This document shows, one piece after another, positions 28,906 to 38,337 of a stretch of 64,000 nt of DNA. Every line of letters begins with the position of its first letter. Within the stretch, counting starts at the first letter, position 1. Below the pieces are notes generated by a model, which was not told where the DNA came from, ran no database searches, and worked only from the letters and a program-made list of their open reading frames with translations. Origin of the DNA: Candidatus Marinacidobacterium sp. (lineage in GTDB: Bacteria > Acidobacteriota > Vicinamibacteria > Marinacidobacterales > Marinacidobacteraceae). The DNA lies in the NCBI GenBank assembly GCA_965204755.1, contig OZ242011.1, forward strand, positions 672,001-736,000, written 5' to 3'. The position numbers and the translations under genes were made by a program.

Positions 28906-31854
28906 CTACGCCTTGCGGAAGCCCTCGAATACCGGCTCGGCGACCAGGGCGTACTCCTCGGCCTGCTCGAACCGGTAGGTGAAACTCCGTTTCGCGGCCG
29001 GGCGCTTCTTGCCCCCGTGCACCGAGGGCTCCGCGCACGACTTGGCGGCGAGCCGCCGCACGCCCCGGAAAGTGTCCTCGTCGAAGCCCAGCAGGTCGCA
29101 CACCACCCGCCGATCGAGGAGCGCGCGATTCGGGTCGGTGTCGGCGAGATACGCGGGTTGCAGGGCCAAGTCCCGAAACTCGTCGAAGATGAGGCGGGCG
29201 CCCTCGAGTCGATCGTCGTCGAGTTCGCGAAAGTCGAGTACGGGAAGGTCTTCGGCTGACCGGACGGTCACGCCCGCCTTGCTCGACTGTTGCCGATTCG
29301 CATGCCACCAGTGGGCGACCAGGCCCAAGGTGCCGTTGCTCCAGGCCGAGAGCGCCCAATCGAACCGCTGGTCCGCGAAGCGCACATTCGGCCACACGCG
29401 ACCGCCGATCGCCCGCTCCTCCGTGACCGCCACGGCGAGGCACTGGGCGCCGAAGGTGAAGTCCAGGTTCAGATGGGCCCTGCTGGCCGTCGCCCACACT
29501 CGGGACGCCTTCTCCTCCATGCCCCGGCGAACCTGCAGTTGTGAATCCGGCGCCACGACGAGCCGGTTCTCCCGCCGGGCATGGTGGTTCCACAGCGCCG
29601 GATAAGTCGCCGTCGGACTCGCGGCGAGACGTTGGAACGGGCCCCGAGGCGGCCGGCCGATGATGTCGAGGTGGTAGAGACCGAGGTCCGCGATTTCCGC
29701 GAGACGGGTCATGGGCAGAGGCAGGGCGTTCGCGTCACCCGGGAGGTGCAGGCGTCCTTCCGAGAGCGCGAAAGCCGTCTGCGCCACCGCCGCATCGGCG
29801 ACGCGCACGCAACTCCAGCGATTCGACGACGAGGACGAGGGGGACGCGATCACGAGTTCGCCGACCCGGTCGTGGCCGTGTTGGAGGACATCGCCTCCGT
29901 AGGGCCCGTCGCGCAAGTGTCGGGCGCCCGGAGTGGACTCGGCCGTCCTCGCCAACGCCGCGGCTTGGGGGAAACTCCCGGGCCTTTCGTTCAGCGACAC
30001 GAAACGCGCGTCCTCGTCGCCCGCTTCGCCGTCGCGGCGTTTGCGCGCCACGACCAGGCACTCCGCCATCCCCGTATCCGAGGAGAACGACATCCGGGCG
30101 CCGTTCGCCGCGATACTCACCACCGTGAGCCCGGTGTAGCGCTCCGCGAGCATGCGCCGGAAACCCTGCCAGGCGTGGCCGCCGGCCGCCGACAGGGGCA
30201 GGACCAACGCGATCACGCCCCCGGGCCGGAGTTTCCGGTCGGCCAGGTCGGCGAAGGCCGAAGCGATCCCGGCGTTTCCGTGGTAGGAGTCTCCCCGCCG
30301 AAGTCGGCCCATGCGTTTCGCCATGTCCCGCTGGTCCGACTCGCTGGCATCGAACGCGGCGAAGGCCGCGGCCGTGGCTCCGGCGGTCGCCCCCTCCCGG
30401 GTCACATTGCGGGTGAACGGCGGGTTCATGATGACGAGATCGAAGTCACCATCCCGGATCTCGGTCGTTACCGCCACCGAGGTCTCCTGCCCGGCGCTGC
30501 CGGTTCGAAGCGCCGGGTCGCTCGTGTTGAAGAGCGCCCGCAGTTCCGAAGCGCGCAGGAGTTCCAGGGAGCCGAGCCGCACATCGCCGTCCGGCTGCCG
30601 ACCGTAGGCGAGCGTGTAGAGGCGGGAAAGGTCGAACCCCTGCCCGGGCGCCAGGCCGGAAAGCGTGGAACCGGTGATGTGGACCGCCGAAGGCATGACA
30701 TCGCAGCCGTAGAGGACTTCTTCCAGCAAGGGGCGATGGAGTTCCGAGCCGTCGCCGCCGGCGCGTTCGTGGCGCGCCGCGATTTCCTCGTACGCCGCGG
30801 ACAGCAGCGCGCCGGTGCCGCAGGCGAAGTCGCCCACCCGGAGTCGGCTGATCCGCCCGCTGTCCGACCAGTCCACATCGTCCAACCGGGCGACCGCCAG
30901 GCGGGCGAGCAGGGAGGCCGAGGCCGGGAGCGTGTAGAAGGTCGCCAGGTATTTGCGGTCGGCGATCAGCCGCTGGAAGATGCGGCCGGTCAGGTCATGG
31001 GCGTTCGTTACGCCCAGCGCGTCCATCTCGTCCGCCATCTCGAACAGGCGCTCCAGCACTCGGCGCGCGGCGCCGGCCAGGAGGTGATCGAGAATGTCCC
31101 TCGCGATGGCGAAGATCGGCCAGTAGTTGATGGCGAGGATCCGCGTCCACTCCTCGCGAATCGGTTTTTGCAGGTTCACCGCGTCCCCGCAGACCGTGCG
31201 AGGCGCAGTGACTCCTTCCGTGATTCCGGCGAGGCGGTGATGGAAGACGACGGCGTTCGCCAGGATCGCGCAGGCCATCCGGCGCGTCTGTTCGACATCG
31301 GGCATCCCGAGCAGTTTGGCGATGCGGGCCACCGACCCCGGCGCCTCCTCGAGTGACCGGGACGACCGTTCGATTCCCTGCTCCATCAGGTCGGCGGCCC
31401 GGTCGAAGGCGCGACGCGGCACGGAAGCCACGCGAACCAGGTCCGACAGTTCCTCGACCGAGCCTTCGAGCCACCCGGTCTCGGGGAACCGCGTCCCGTC
31501 GGCGTGGAAGACGGCGAAAGCGAGACGGGATTGCCGGAGGGGGGCTTCGAGTTCGTACTGGTCTTTCAGCCCCGCCGGATACCGCACCGCGATCGCGGAC
31601 TCGACCGGGCGCGCCTCGTCGGCGACTTCGAGGTCGAGACGGCTCCGCGCTTCCTTCTCGACGGTCCTCGCCGGCTCGTACTCCGCCTCGATGACCACCG
31701 GGGCGCCTCCCGGATCGGTGATGAGGAGATCCGGACGCCCGCCGCTTCCGATCAGGAGCCCGGCGTGTTCCGCCCGGATCACGCTCCGGGGCAGCATTCC
31801 CCGAAGGAGTGAGCCGAGCGCGTTGTTCGCGTTGGCTTCGACCTGCCCGACCAT
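28906..31854 (-). CDS. Type IIG-like fused restriction endonuclease / N6-adenine methyltransferase, copy B
   Basis: Same motifs as copy A; divergent region after NPPFTR. Confidence 0.82.
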   Translation of the reverse strand: MVGQVEANANNALGSLLRGMLPRSVIRAEHAGLLIGSGGRPDLLITDPGGAPVVIEAEYEPARTVEKEARSRLDLEVADEARPVESAIAVRYPAGLKDQYELEAPLRQSRLAFAVFHADGTRFPETGWLEGSVEELSDLVRVASVPRRAFDRAADLMEQGIERSSRSLEEAPGSVARIAKLLGMPDVEQTRRMACAILANAVVFHHRLAGITEGVTAPRTVCGDAVNLQKPIREEWTRILAINYWPIFAIARDILDHLLAGAARRVLERLFEMADEMDALGVTNAHDLTGRIFQRLIADRKYLATFYTLPASASLLARLAVARLDDVDWSDSGRISRLRVGDFACGTGALLSAAYEEIAARHERAGGDGSELHRPLLEEVLYGCDVMPSAVHITGSTLSGLAPGQGFDLSRLYTLAYGRQPDGDVRLGSLELLRASELRALFNTSDPALRTGSAGQETSVAVTTEIRDGDFDLVIMNPPFTRNVTREGATAGATAAAFAAFDASESDQRDMAKRMGRLRRGDSYHGNAGIASAFADLADRKLRPGGVIALVLPLSAAGGHAWQGFRRMLAERYTGLTVVSIAANGARMSFSSDTGMAECLVVARKRRDGEAGDEDARFVSLNERPGSFPQAAALARTAESTPGARHLRDGPYGGDVLQHGHDRVGELVIASPSSSSSNRWSCVRVADAAVAQTAFALSEGRLHLPGDANALPLPMTRLAEIADLGLYHLDIIGRPPRGPFQRLAASPTATYPALWNHHARRENRLVVAPDSQLQVRRGMEEKASRVWATASRAHLNLDFTFGAQCLAVAVTEERAIGGRVWPNVRFADQRFDWALSAWSNGTLGLVAHWWHANRQQSSKAGVTVRSAEDLPVLDFRELDDDRLEGARLIFDEFRDLALQPAYLADTDPNRALLDRRVVCDLLGFDEDTFRGVRRLAAKSCAEPSVHGGKKRPAAKRSFTYRFEQAEEYALVAEPVFEGFRKA

Positions 31855-31966
31855 GGTGGAGACGCCCTTCGGGGTGGATTTTGCGCTAACGGTTGCTTAC
31901 GAGGAAGTCAAACGAAAGATCGCGGACGAATCACTGCGCGGCCGAACGGCCGCGCGCCGCGCGGCT

Positions 31967-32593
31967 TCAGGCGCGTGGACGACCGGAGATATCGAGAGCG
32001 GCGGCGTGTCGCGGGCGAGCGAATTCCTGACCCGGTCGGGAGGGAACGGTGAAGGTGACGGACGAGTAGAAGTCGTCCAGGGGCACGAAGACCCCGTTCT
32101 CCTCCGTCCAGGTTCGCAGCCGGTCGTCGGCGGCGCTCGCCCACGAAACGAGTTCCACCCGCCATCCGCGCCGCCGCAACCGTTCCAGTGACCGGGATGG
32201 CTCGCGCTGCGCCGTCCAGCCGGCGCTCTCTCCCGTCAGGACGACGGCGATTCCGGGGTCATCGCGGAAGTCCAGCGCGGTTTCGAGCATCCGAATCTGG
32301 AGACTGCGGACCGGGGATTCGGACCGGAGCCGCGGCGCGGTGAGGCCGTCGAAAAGGGCGACTTCCGCGCCGGCGTTCTCCAGCCGGTTCCACAGCGGCC
32401 TCATCTCCGGCGGCGCCGGACCCGCGCCGCAGGCGGCGGCCAAGGGTCGCCCGGCCTGCGCCAAGCCAACCAAGTGCTCGAAGTGGAGGCGAACTCGGCA
32501 GCGCGCGTTCGGCCCATCCGAGAAAGCCTCCGCCAGCCGCTCCGCGCCCGAGACGAGCCCGGAGTGGTCCCAGTACAGGAAAACGGCGTCCAT
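31967..32593 (-). CDS. NYN/PIN-like domain protein, apparently catalytically degenerate
   Basis: VFLYWD.S, IAVVLTGE, RRGWRVELVSW, FVPLDDF; GGGAGG SD. Confidence 0.65.
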   Translation of the reverse strand: MDAVFLYWDHSGLVSGAERLAEAFSDGPNARCRVRLHFEHLVGLAQAGRPLAAACGAGPAPPEMRPLWNRLENAGAEVALFDGLTAPRLRSESPVRSLQIRMLETALDFRDDPGIAVVLTGESAGWTAQREPSRSLERLRRRGWRVELVSWASAADDRLRTWTEENGVFVPLDDFYSSVTFTVPSRPGQEFARPRHAAALDISGRPRA

Positions 32594-32639
32594 GTTCCCT
32601 CCCCCATTCGTCTCGCGGTGACGATGGCGAGGAGGTTAG

Positions 32640-34600
32640 GCGGAAGTTCCAAGGGGCAAGAGGTCAGAAGTCCAAGAACGGACGGGGGATCCGGGAAGCG
32701 GGGGGTGTTCGGTTCTGGCTACGCGGAGGCGGGAAGGCGGAGCAGGTCGAAGGCCTTTGCCTGGAGCCGGGTGGGGTTCGCGCGCATCTGGAAGGTGGCG
32801 TTCCGGCTGGGGGCGCGGACGGTGTTGAGGGTGAGGGTCCCGAGGTGCTGGATCAGCGTCGGGAAGTCGTGCAGCGGCAGCCCCTCCGGGGTGCGGCGGG
32901 CGGCGACCTTGGCCTTGGCCGCCGGGGAGCGCTGCGCGGGCTGGACCGGGGAGGGGCGCTCGCGCTCGGCGGCCTCCCGGTCGTGGTCCTGGAACAGGAC
33001 GGGGGCGAGCGCCTGGCGCATGTGCCATTCCAGGTAGTAGGCGAGCATGCACAGGAAGATGTGGGAACGGACCCGGTCGGGGCGGCGGTGGTGGATGGGG
33101 CGGACCTGGAGGTCGAGGGACTTCATGCTGCGGAAGGCGGTCTCCACCGAGGCGAGGGACTTGTAGGCGCGGACGGTCTGTTCGGTGGAGAGCAGTTCGG
33201 GTTCGGCGTTGGTGCGGAGGATGTAGAAGCCGTCGAGGGCCCGTTCCCGGGCGATGGCGTCTTCGTTCCGGCGAAAGGCGAAGGAGTCGTCGGTGATCTC
33301 GGTGAGGAAGTGCTTTTCGACCTTGAAGCGGCCGATGAGGGCGCCGACGCGCTTTCCGATGCGGGCGGCGCCGCGCAGCGGGCGGCGCTCGCGCCGGGTG
33401 GCGGCGGCGATGGCTTCCAGCCGCTTCTCGGTGGCGGCGAGCAGGTCTTCGCGCTTGCGGCGGCGCTCCTCGGCGAGCCGGGGGTTGAAGCAGACCACCA
33501 GGCGCTCCCCGGGGTAGCGGTCGGAGGAGATCTCGGCCAGGTCCCGCCGGTCGAACAGGGTGGGGTTCACCGCGCCGGCTTCGACCAGGGCGCGGATATC
33601 GGCGGAGCGCAGCGCGGTGACCCAGCGGAAGCCCTCCTCCGGGCTCAGGTCCTCGCGGATGCGCCGGGCGGTGAGCATCCCCCGGTCGCCGACCAGGACC
33701 AGTTGGCGGAGGCCGAAGCGGTCGCGGAGTTTGGCCACCTGGGCGGCCACCGTCCCGGGGTCGGCGGTGTCGCCGGGGAAGACCTCGACGGCGACCGGGC
33801 AGCCCTCCTTGGAGCAGAGCAGGCCGAAGACGATCTGCAGGGTGTTGCGCTTGCGGTCGCGGCTGTAGCCGCGCCGGGCCAGCGGGCAGCGGCGGCCCTC
33901 GAAGTAGGTGGAGGTGAGGTCGTAGAGGATGAGGGTGTTGTCGCGGAGGTGGCGGGCGGCCAGCCGGGTCTCGACGGCCTGCTGGCGGGCGCCGAGCCAG
34001 TCGAGGGCGGCGTAGAGCTCGTTCTCCTCGACTTCCCCGAGATCGAGGAGGGCGCCGAGGGAGGTGGAGGCGGTCTCCGGGGCGAGGGTCCGGGCGGTGG
34101 CGAGTTTGGAGCGGGGGGCGAGGAGTCGGGCGGCGATGAGGGCGAGGGCGAGGTCGCGGGGTCGGGAGCGCCTGCGGTCGAGGAGGGCGGGCAGTCCGAG
34201 GCGCTTGAGGGTTCCGAGGGCGGCGGCGGCGTGGCCGTGGGGGAGGGCGCGGAGGATCTGGAAGGCGTCCCCGGGTTCGACGAGGTTCCGGCCCTCGAGG
34301 CTGAGGCGGACGGCCTCCACGGCGTCGGGTTTCGTGCGGTGGAGGGGGGTGAGGTTGGCGAGGGTTCGCTTGCGGACTTTCCCGTTTTCGCGGAAGGACT
34401 CGCGGAGGAGGACGGTGGGCGGGGAGTTCCGGTTGGGGACGAACTCGACATACATGGGCCGTATTGTAGTGATAAACCATTCATATATCAACATAAACTC
34501 CCATTCCATAGCAACAATACATGGCTACACATTTACCACGATCCCGCCGCAACGATCCGTAGGTCAACGACTTATCTCAAAACCCGGCTGGAACTTCCGG
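32640..34600 (-). mobile_element. IS1634-family insertion sequence
   Basis: Terminal inverted repeats (G)CGGAAGTTCCA / TGGAACTTCCG(G); TTAG direct repeat at 32636-32639 and 34601-34604. Confidence 0.88.
32719..34455 (-). CDS. IS1634-family DDE transposase
   Basis: LLRESFRENGKVRKRTLANL, LYDLTSTYFEG, GYSRD, VGDRGM, YKSLASVETAFR, HIFLCMLAY. Confidence 0.93.
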   Translation of the reverse strand: MYVEFVPNRNSPPTVLLRESFRENGKVRKRTLANLTPLHRTKPDAVEAVRLSLEGRNLVEPGDAFQILRALPHGHAAAALGTLKRLGLPALLDRRRSRPRDLALALIAARLLAPRSKLATARTLAPETASTSLGALLDLGEVEENELYAALDWLGARQQAVETRLAARHLRDNTLILYDLTSTYFEGRRCPLARRGYSRDRKRNTLQIVFGLLCSKEGCPVAVEVFPGDTADPGTVAAQVAKLRDRFGLRQLVLVGDRGMLTARRIREDLSPEEGFRWVTALRSADIRALVEAGAVNPTLFDRRDLAEISSDRYPGERLVVCFNPRLAEERRRKREDLLAATEKRLEAIAAATRRERRPLRGAARIGKRVGALIGRFKVEKHFLTEITDDSFAFRRNEDAIARERALDGFYILRTNAEPELLSTEQTVRAYKSLASVETAFRSMKSLDLQVRPIHHRRPDRVRSHIFLCMLAYYLEWHMRQALAPVLFQDHDREAAERERPSPVQPAQRSPAAKAKVAARRTPEGLPLHDFPTLIQHLGTLTLNTVRAPSRNATFQMRANPTRLQAKAFDLLRLPASA

Positions 34601-34642
34601 TTAGCCGGCGAAACCAGGCGCTCCGCTCGTTAGACTCGGACG

Positions 34643-35818
34643 ATGGCGCGGCGGGGGGGGCGGGCGGCGAGCCGTGCGGGTCGGCGCGGGAGCGCGGCCT
34701 TGCTCGGCCTCGCGCTTTCGGCGTCGGGCGTCGAAGCGGCGGCGGCGGAGCCGGCGGTGCCGGAACTCATCGCGCGGGTGTTCGAGGTGCGGCGGGTGAA
34801 CTCGGACTTCGGGCCGCTGGTCGGACTCCGGTTCACCGTGGACACCGACGGGCGGCGGGTTCCGGTTTCGAGTTGGCTCGCGACGCTGGCGCGGAGGATT
34901 CCGGACGCCTACTTCGCGCAGTTGCTGACGCTTAGGCCGGTTCCGGGGCCGGTCGCCGGGGAGCGGGGAGCGACGGTTCGGCGCGGGCGGCGGGGGGTCA
35001 GGGTTCGGGTGCGGCCGGCGGACACCGAGCGGGGCGCCGCCGGGGCGTTCGAGGTCGCGCTGACGCTCTTCGACGGCAGCGGCCGGGAGCGGACGATTCG
35101 CCGGGTGGCGGCGCCGGAGGAGGGGCGCACCGAGGTGTTCACCGGGCGGGACTTCGAAATCACGCCCAGCGACTACCTGAGTTGGTTCCGGGAGGCGCGC
35201 GGGCCGGAGGAGCGCGAGCGGCTCTACCGGCGGCTCCGCGCGCGGACGATCTTCCTCGCGCTGGCGCTCAGTCGGCCGGCCCCGGCGGCGCGGGGCGGCG
35301 ACCGGCGGCCCCTGCCGGTGCGGCTCCGGCCGCCGGACGAGCCGCGGCTGCTGGAACTGGACTCGCCGCTCGTGGGGGCGGCGTCCGGGATCCTGCGGCT
35401 CTCCGTCCGGGTGGACGAAGAGGGCGCGCCCCGCGACCCGCAGATCTTGGAGAGCACCTTCCCGGAAGTCGCGCCGCGGGCGCTGGGGATCGTGTCCGGC
35501 TGGCGGTTCCCGCAGGCCGCCGGGCGCGAGGGGCGGCTCGACCTCCGGCTGGGGAGTCCGGCGGGCGGCGGGCCGACCGGCGCGCCGACCGGCCTGCCGA
35601 CCGGGGGGCCGTCCGAGCCGGGTTCGCCGTTTGGCGGCCTTCCCGGAGTCTGGTACAAGAGGGGTTTCCCCGAAACGCGGGCCGCGTCCCCCTCCCGGCC
35701 CCCTTCGGAATCCGGGGCCGCGCCCGCGCCGGCCGGCCCGGCGCGGGCCGAAGAGGGGACGCCCCGCTCCCCGCCCGAACCAGGGAGGAACGACCATGAA
35801 CCAACGGATGCGATGTAG
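34643..35818 (+). CDS. exported hypothetical protein with TonB C-terminal-like segment
   Basis: Signal peptide; LSVRVDEEGAPRDPQILES...ALGIVSGWRF. Confidence 0.55.
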   Translation: MARRGGRAASRAGRRGSAALLGLALSASGVEAAAAEPAVPELIARVFEVRRVNSDFGPLVGLRFTVDTDGRRVPVSSWLATLARRIPDAYFAQLLTLRPVPGPVAGERGATVRRGRRGVRVRVRPADTERGAAGAFEVALTLFDGSGRERTIRRVAAPEEGRTEVFTGRDFEITPSDYLSWFREARGPEERERLYRRLRARTIFLALALSRPAPAARGGDRRPLPVRLRPPDEPRLLELDSPLVGAASGILRLSVRVDEEGAPRDPQILESTFPEVAPRALGIVSGWRFPQAAGREGRLDLRLGSPAGGGPTGAPTGLPTGGPSEPGSPFGGLPGVWYKRGFPETRAASPSRPPSESGAAPAPAGPARAEEGTPRSPPEPGRNDHEPTDAM

Positions 35819-37466
35819 CGGCGCCGCGACCGGCGCGGCCCTCCTCTTCCTGCTCGCCGCCGCGCCGGCGCTCGGCCAGTCCGGCGGGCTCGGCACGATC
35901 GAGTTCCCCAACTCCGGCAACGAGGCCGCCCAGGAGGACTTCCTCGACGGCGTCCGGCTGCTCCACAGTTTCGAGTGGGAGGACGCCGCCGAGGCGTTCC
36001 AGCGCGCCCAGGAAGCCGACCCCGACTTCGCGCTCGCCTACTGGGGGGAAGCGCTGAGCCACACCGGCGGCCACCACTACCCGCCGGGCCAGGACATGTC
36101 CGAGGCCCGCGACGCGCTCCGCAAACTGGGGACGACGCGCGCCGAGCGGGTGGCGAAGGCGCCCACCGACCGGGAGAAGCGCTACCTGGAGTCGGTCCAC
36201 ATCCTCTACGGACCCGGCGAGTTGCAGGAGCGGTGCGACGGCTACGAGCAGGCGCTCGCCGAGTTGTCGGCGGCCTACCCGGACGACCTCGAAGCCGCGG
36301 CGTTCCACTCGCTGGCGCTGATGCGGACGCGGGTGCGCGGCGAGGCCAGCCGCCGGGTGGACATGCGCGCCGGGGCGATCGCCCAGGCCGTCTTCCGGGC
36401 GAACCCCGACCATCCGGGGGCCGCGCACTATGTGATCCACGCCTACGACGACCCGGTGCACGCGCCGGTGGCGCTCTACGCGGCGGAGAAGTACTCCGAC
36501 ATCGCGCCGGCGGCGGTGCACGCGCTCCACATGCCCTCGCACATCTTCGTGCAGCACGGGATGTGGGACCAGGTGCGCAGCCTGAACGACCGCTCCTACC
36601 AGGCGTCGGTGGACCGGGCGAAGCGCAAGGGCCTGTCGGAGATGAGGTACTCGTACCACGCGCTCTACTGGCTGCTCTACGCCTACCTGCAGGAGGGGCG
36701 GTACGCCGAGGGGCAGAAGGTGCTCGACGATCTGGAGACGATCACCGGGCGGGACGAGACGCTGGCGTCGGTGAAGGAGACCTGGATGCGCATGGACGCG
36801 CTGAACACCGTGGAAACCCGGAAGTGGAAGCCGGCGCCGGTGGACGACCTGCTGGCCGGTCTCGACGAGGAGAAGCCGCCGGTGGGGCACCGGACGGCGG
36901 CGGCGGTGTTCTACGCCCGGGGGGCGAGCGCCGCCGAGACCGGGGACGCCGCGACCGCGAAGAAGGCCCACGAGGGGCTGATGAAGATCCACGACTCGCT
37001 GGCGAACTCGGAGAACCCGCGCGGCGCGGAACAGGCGCTGGTCATGGCGCACGAGATGGCCGGCCTGATCGCCGAAGCCGAGGGGGACGCCGAGCGGGCG
37101 ATCGCCGCGTTCCGGGACGCGGTGGAAGTGGCCGAGAGCATGGAGCCGCCCTCCGGCCCGCCGGGGGAGTCGCCGATCGATTCGCCCATCCAGCCGGCGC
37201 ACGAACTGCTGGGCGACCTGCTCCTCGAGTCGGGGAAGGCCGAAGAGGCGCTCTCGGTGTTCGAAACCTCGCTCGACCGGACCGCGAAGCGGCCGCGCTC
37301 GCTCTACGGCGCGGCGCGGGCGGCGGCGAAGGTCGGGGACGACGAGGCCGCCGCGCGCTACTACCGGCAGTTGCTCGCCACGCCGGAGCGGGGGCCGGAC
37401 CTGCCGGGCCTCGCCGCCGCGGAGGCGGCGCTCGCCGAGGAAACGACGATGGAGGGGCGGCGGTAG
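35796..37466 (+). CDS. secreted tetratricopeptide-repeat protein
   Basis: GGAGG SD; signal peptide; DPDFALAYWGEA, HPGAAHYVIHAYD, HALHMPSHIF. Confidence 0.85.
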   Translation: MNQRMRCSGAATGAALLFLLAAAPALGQSGGLGTIEFPNSGNEAAQEDFLDGVRLLHSFEWEDAAEAFQRAQEADPDFALAYWGEALSHTGGHHYPPGQDMSEARDALRKLGTTRAERVAKAPTDREKRYLESVHILYGPGELQERCDGYEQALAELSAAYPDDLEAAAFHSLALMRTRVRGEASRRVDMRAGAIAQAVFRANPDHPGAAHYVIHAYDDPVHAPVALYAAEKYSDIAPAAVHALHMPSHIFVQHGMWDQVRSLNDRSYQASVDRAKRKGLSEMRYSYHALYWLLYAYLQEGRYAEGQKVLDDLETITGRDETLASVKETWMRMDALNTVETRKWKPAPVDDLLAGLDEEKPPVGHRTAAAVFYARGASAAETGDAATAKKAHEGLMKIHDSLANSENPRGAEQALVMAHEMAGLIAEAEGDAERAIAAFRDAVEVAESMEPPSGPPGESPIDSPIQPAHELLGDLLLESGKAEEALSVFETSLDRTAKRPRSLYGAARAAAKVGDDEAAARYYRQLLATPERGPDLPGLAAAEAALAEETTMEGRR

Positions 37467-37539
37467 GTCGAACCGCTCCGGTCGAGACGGTCGGGACCGG
37501 GGGGCGGCTCGCCGCTCCCCGCGCCCGGCCGCTTGGGAA

Positions 37540-38337
37540 CTAGGCCGGGCCGGCGGGTTCCGGCCGGTGGTCGGCTGTCGCCGCCGGCCTCGTCGCGGCG
37601 GCGACGAGGATCGGGCCGTTCGTCCACGGCCAGGCGACCTCGAAGCCGGCGGCGCGGAGGGCGTCGCGCTCGGCTTCGCGCGGAAGATAGGTGTCCTCCT
37701 CCGCCCACTCGGCGAAGTGGCGGTAGGCCTGCTCGCGGGAGATCCCGGAGGAGGCGAGGTGGGCGGCCCAGCCGCGGTACTCGGCGTCGCGGGCCGCCGG
37801 GTCGCTCGGCATGGTGACATCCGCGTTCACGAGGACGCCGCCGGGAGGCAGGCGGTCGGCGATGCGGCGGAAGAGGGCGGCCTTCGCCTCGATGGTCGGC
37901 ACATGGTGGAGGGCGAGCGAGGCGACCACCGCGTCGCAGGGCGGGAGCGGGTCGTCGAAGGTCCCTTCCCGTTCGGTGATCCGGTCGCCGAAGCGGGAGA
38001 GGCGGGCGCGGGCCTGGGCCAGCATCTCCGCGTCGGCGTCGAGCAGGATCATCTCCTCGGGTTCGGCGGCGAGGAGGACGGCTTCGGAGAGCGCGCCGGT
38101 GCCGGCGCCGAGGTCGAGGACCCGGCGGGGGCGGCAACGGGCCGCCTCCCGCGCCGCAACTGCGAGCATCGCTTCGTAACCGGGGACGAACCGCCGGATC
38201 GCCTCGTCGTAGGCCTCGATCTCGACCCGCAGGTGGCGGCGGACGGAGTGGCGGGTCAAGCGGCGGGGGCTCGGCGGCGGCCGGCATTGTCCCACCGCCG
38301 ACCGGCCGGGCGGCCGGGGCCCGCCCTGCTCACTCAC
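37540..38337 (-). CDS. class I SAM-dependent methyltransferase (CmoA-like; start uncertain)
   Basis: VLDLGAGTG, ASLALHH, LPPGGVLVNAD. Confidence 0.88.
   Translation of the reverse strand: MSEQGGPRPPGRSAVGQCRPPPSPRRLTRHSVRRHLRVEIEAYDEAIRRFVPGYEAMLAVAAREAARCRPRRVLDLGAGTGALSEAVLLAAEPEEMILLDADAEMLAQARARLSRFGDRITEREGTFDDPLPPCDAVVASLALHHVPTIEAKAALFRRIADRLPPGGVLVNADVTMPSDPAARDAEYRGWAAHLASSGISREQAYRHFAEWAEEDTYLPREAERDALRAAGFEVAWPWTNGPILVAAATRPAATADHRPEPAGPA

Larger units (their letters stand above)
25922..31870. repeat. direct tandem duplication of a ~2.97-kb unit bounded by CTTC microhomology
   Basis: CTTC at 25922, 28893 and 31867; junction GGTGGAGACGCC-CTTC-CCCTCGCCG fuses the upstream and downstream flanks. 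Confidence 0.9.

Noticed and set aside
25922-31870. Diversity-generating retroelement or invertible shufflon explanation for the R-M pair
   Set aside because: No reverse transcriptase or recombinase nearby, the repeats are direct rather than inverted, and differences do not appear adenine-specific.
32633-32659. Hybrid promoter formed by an IS-end TTGCCC and the host TAACCT
   Set aside because: Spacer is only 15 bp; too weak to call as a feature.
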